Below, piece after piece: positions 63,301 to 64,000 of a stretch of 64,000 nt of DNA. The number at the start of each line of letters is the position of its first letter. The first letter of the stretch is position 1. The DNA is from Thermoplasmata archaeon (lineage in GTDB: Archaea; Thermoplasmatota; Thermoplasmata; RBG-16-68-12; JAGMCJ01), in NCBI GenBank assembly GCA_023136265.1, contig JAGLRN010000069.1, positions 8,680-72,679 of the forward strand, read 5' to 3'. The notes under the pieces are model-generated. The model was not told the origin of the DNA. It searched no databases and saw only the letters and a list, made by a program, of their open reading frames with translations. Both the position numbers and the translations under genes were made by a program.

Positions 63301-64000
63301 GTGTTCCTCGGCCTCCCCTTGAGCGGGAACTGGTACTTCGTGCTCTCGAACAGGGATTCGCTGGAGACGAAGAAGCTCGTGAACGTCACCATCAGGCTGA
63401 TAGAGGACCTGCGTCCAGGGGCACCCCACATCACAAGAGGGGCATTCACTGGTGTCTCACAGGAGGATATCACGCTGACTTGGGAGAGGAGCACTGACGA
63501 CGGACAGGGCGAGGATGATATCCTCGCGTACACCGTGCACAGGGCGCTTGACTACCACGGACCGTACTCGGTGGTGGACACGGTTGCGGCGGATGGTCGC
63601 CTTTACTACAACTGGACCGATCCCGGACTGGGAATCGGGGATCTGACGGACTACTTCTACTATATTGTGTGTCACGACAACCTCTCGGTGATGAGAAGCC
63701 CGGAGACGGTGGGCAAAGTGGTCCAGTACATGTACCCCGGTGCGAACCTGCTCTCGGTTCCTGTGTATACGGAGGACGACAGCGTTCCGGGGGTCCTGGC
63801 GACCGTTGGATTCAACGAGGTCAGGCTGTACGATGCGAGCGATGCTGGCGACCCGTGGAAGTCCTACCACAAGGCCAAATACATCAACGACCTGCAGGGA
63901 ATCCACCCGCTCGACGGCATATGGGTCAATGCTCTCTCCGAGGGGAACCTGACGGTTATCGGTCTGATCCAACCTTACCACTCGGTCGATCTGGAGCAGG
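60349..64000 (+). CDS. Secreted FG-GAP repeat and transglutaminase-like (Cys-His-Asp) protein with the shared C-terminal domain; runs off the window edge
   Basis: Not in the ORF track because it has no stop in the window. Segments translated in this frame from ATG 60349: hydrophobic N-terminus, five D(L/V)D.D..D/E-type repeats, HNGNCGE..DHCWNEFW..GWHHHD, then PGANLLSVP..DPWKSYH..GIWVN. Confidence 0.82.
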   Translation, partial: MEHSRCLSDVGIVVMIVTVLVVSLCGTISTVTERDELLGTDVTTSVRSDQVGDTLPFDVIQEISAQITVPAGREYYVVYDSASQTLTEIPIASPTFGFPQSALDAIDRSPNWIKDNLTRKFEQMADEPIQVQGFAAPAFADLDADGDLDLVVGTENDGLKYFENVEEGLHYYEAYDVYVGGVLVSNDSMFGALALTRADPAVTDLDGDNDLDILIGVSNGVWFLTNLGTPQAPSWSSIQSTSIPLQYSSIDVGDVDADGDPDLVIGDQEGKLYLSENLASNPQYISDGNPATVTTSAFATIVNLALDVGDYASPALADVDADGDLDMVSGNLAGELSFHENIWDPTSPNWAPNDPTVFENLDIGDNSVPTFADVDLDMLPEIVIGDEDGKVHYLPNVGTASNPLFLVWDNVPTTFYQWSNRDYYYIDDSDVLLKERTIPARMIDYANLINSVPDHMVDELAFSIANTATASLMHSSTYPDAYRNNTEALYYNDMFIDYADILDLVDAATGDRYSTLRYWVNESGTRVAYIVPRDVYYWNLAHPRVSYELPTFINPNVVTNLHGGAAAPPAGKFWRWYLFNENDTVWPADPGSVKYPKDEGPPLLKEKLAGVTTAWNVTNHISPAGYGNDGHNNSRPWNYSDHAVEKVSHWVSLTLALNVAEHNDGNRPRQPVRIAHEHNGNCGELSDLTAAAFRAALIPAYGVMSMAEDHCWNEFWHNGWHHHDNYWSNSASIIGNNDFKHYTPGWNRDWTAIYGWKGDTRVTNHINTYHHEEDHNGDGFQDRGNVSVKVVDSAGNPIDGAKVSIAGWSFGPPYTNIGDFSTYTGPDGVAFFTTSEARQNDTFDDGIQIDVSSKFGGGSLNQGYANRFKICIDPPNLPLYSYQYQVSDTVPRPWLEANVVAPPQGEGYWLDVDFDVQFGIQHPLADATSHADDQVNGDRVAHPEYFWDNITLDTFIADEQNFQKYVRGEAFDSTNLSLNVSSGSVFLGLPLSGNWYFVLSNRDSLETKKLVNVTIRLIEDLRPGAPHITRGAFTGVSQEDITLTWERSTDDGQGEDDILAYTVHRALDYHGPYSVVDTVAADGRLYYNWTDPGLGIGDLTDYFYYIVCHDNLSVMRSPETVGKVVQYMYPGANLLSVPVYTEDDSVPGVLATVGFNEVRLYDASDAGDPWKSYHKAKYINDLQGIHPLDGIWVNALSEGNLTVIGLIQPYHSVDLEQ

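Noticed and set aside
60433-63981. Several minus-strand ORFs (141-342 aa)
   Set aside because: Shadows of the long plus-strand gene starting at 60349, which the ORF track omits.
1-64000. tRNA, rRNA, transposase, integrase or defence-system genes
   Set aside because: None recognised by eye; intergenic gaps are short and show no cloverleaf or IS-like ends. A covariance-model scan was not possible.

Overview
GC-rich, gene-dense window that looks archaeal. Evidence: an archaeal class III-signal pilin, TATA-like boxes, GGAGGTGA-type SD sites and a poly-T terminator. The gene content suggests an anaerobic Thermoplasmata-like sediment archaeon, but that taxon is an inference. Contents in order: (1) partial ilvE, a membrane hydrolase and a pilin; (2) a PerR-led oxidative stress and Fe-S operon (perR-fprA-rbr-tusA-iscS-iscU-Cys-rich peptide) whose IscS lacks the PLP lysine; (3) a large secreted papain-family protease; (4) fdhD-mobA and a GlyA-GcvT'-GcvT triple fusion; (5) a bacterial-type CODH/ACS (Wood-Ljungdahl carbonyl branch) cluster in two convergent operons, with a MesB-like methionine synthase, AcsV and a formyltransferase but no acsE; (6) a metal-homeostasis island (TRASH-Lrp regulator, FTR1, His/Glu/Cys-rich protein, two Zn-finger-DUF1573 proteins, CcdA-like protein); (7) an RlmN-like radical SAM enzyme with a TrxB-like flavoprotein; (8) about 20 kb of giant surface or secreted proteins: two Ig-repeat stalk proteins, a multidomain peptide-binding protein, a PNGase A-like enzyme and an FG-GAP/transglutaminase-like enzyme. 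The three secreted hydrolases share an internally duplicated C-terminal domain of about 160 aa that I cannot name. This is the most intriguing signal and may mark a surface-display or enzyme-docking system for glycoprotein degradation. I recognised no rRNA, tRNA, CRISPR array or transposase. All calls come from reading motifs by eye; no searches were run.
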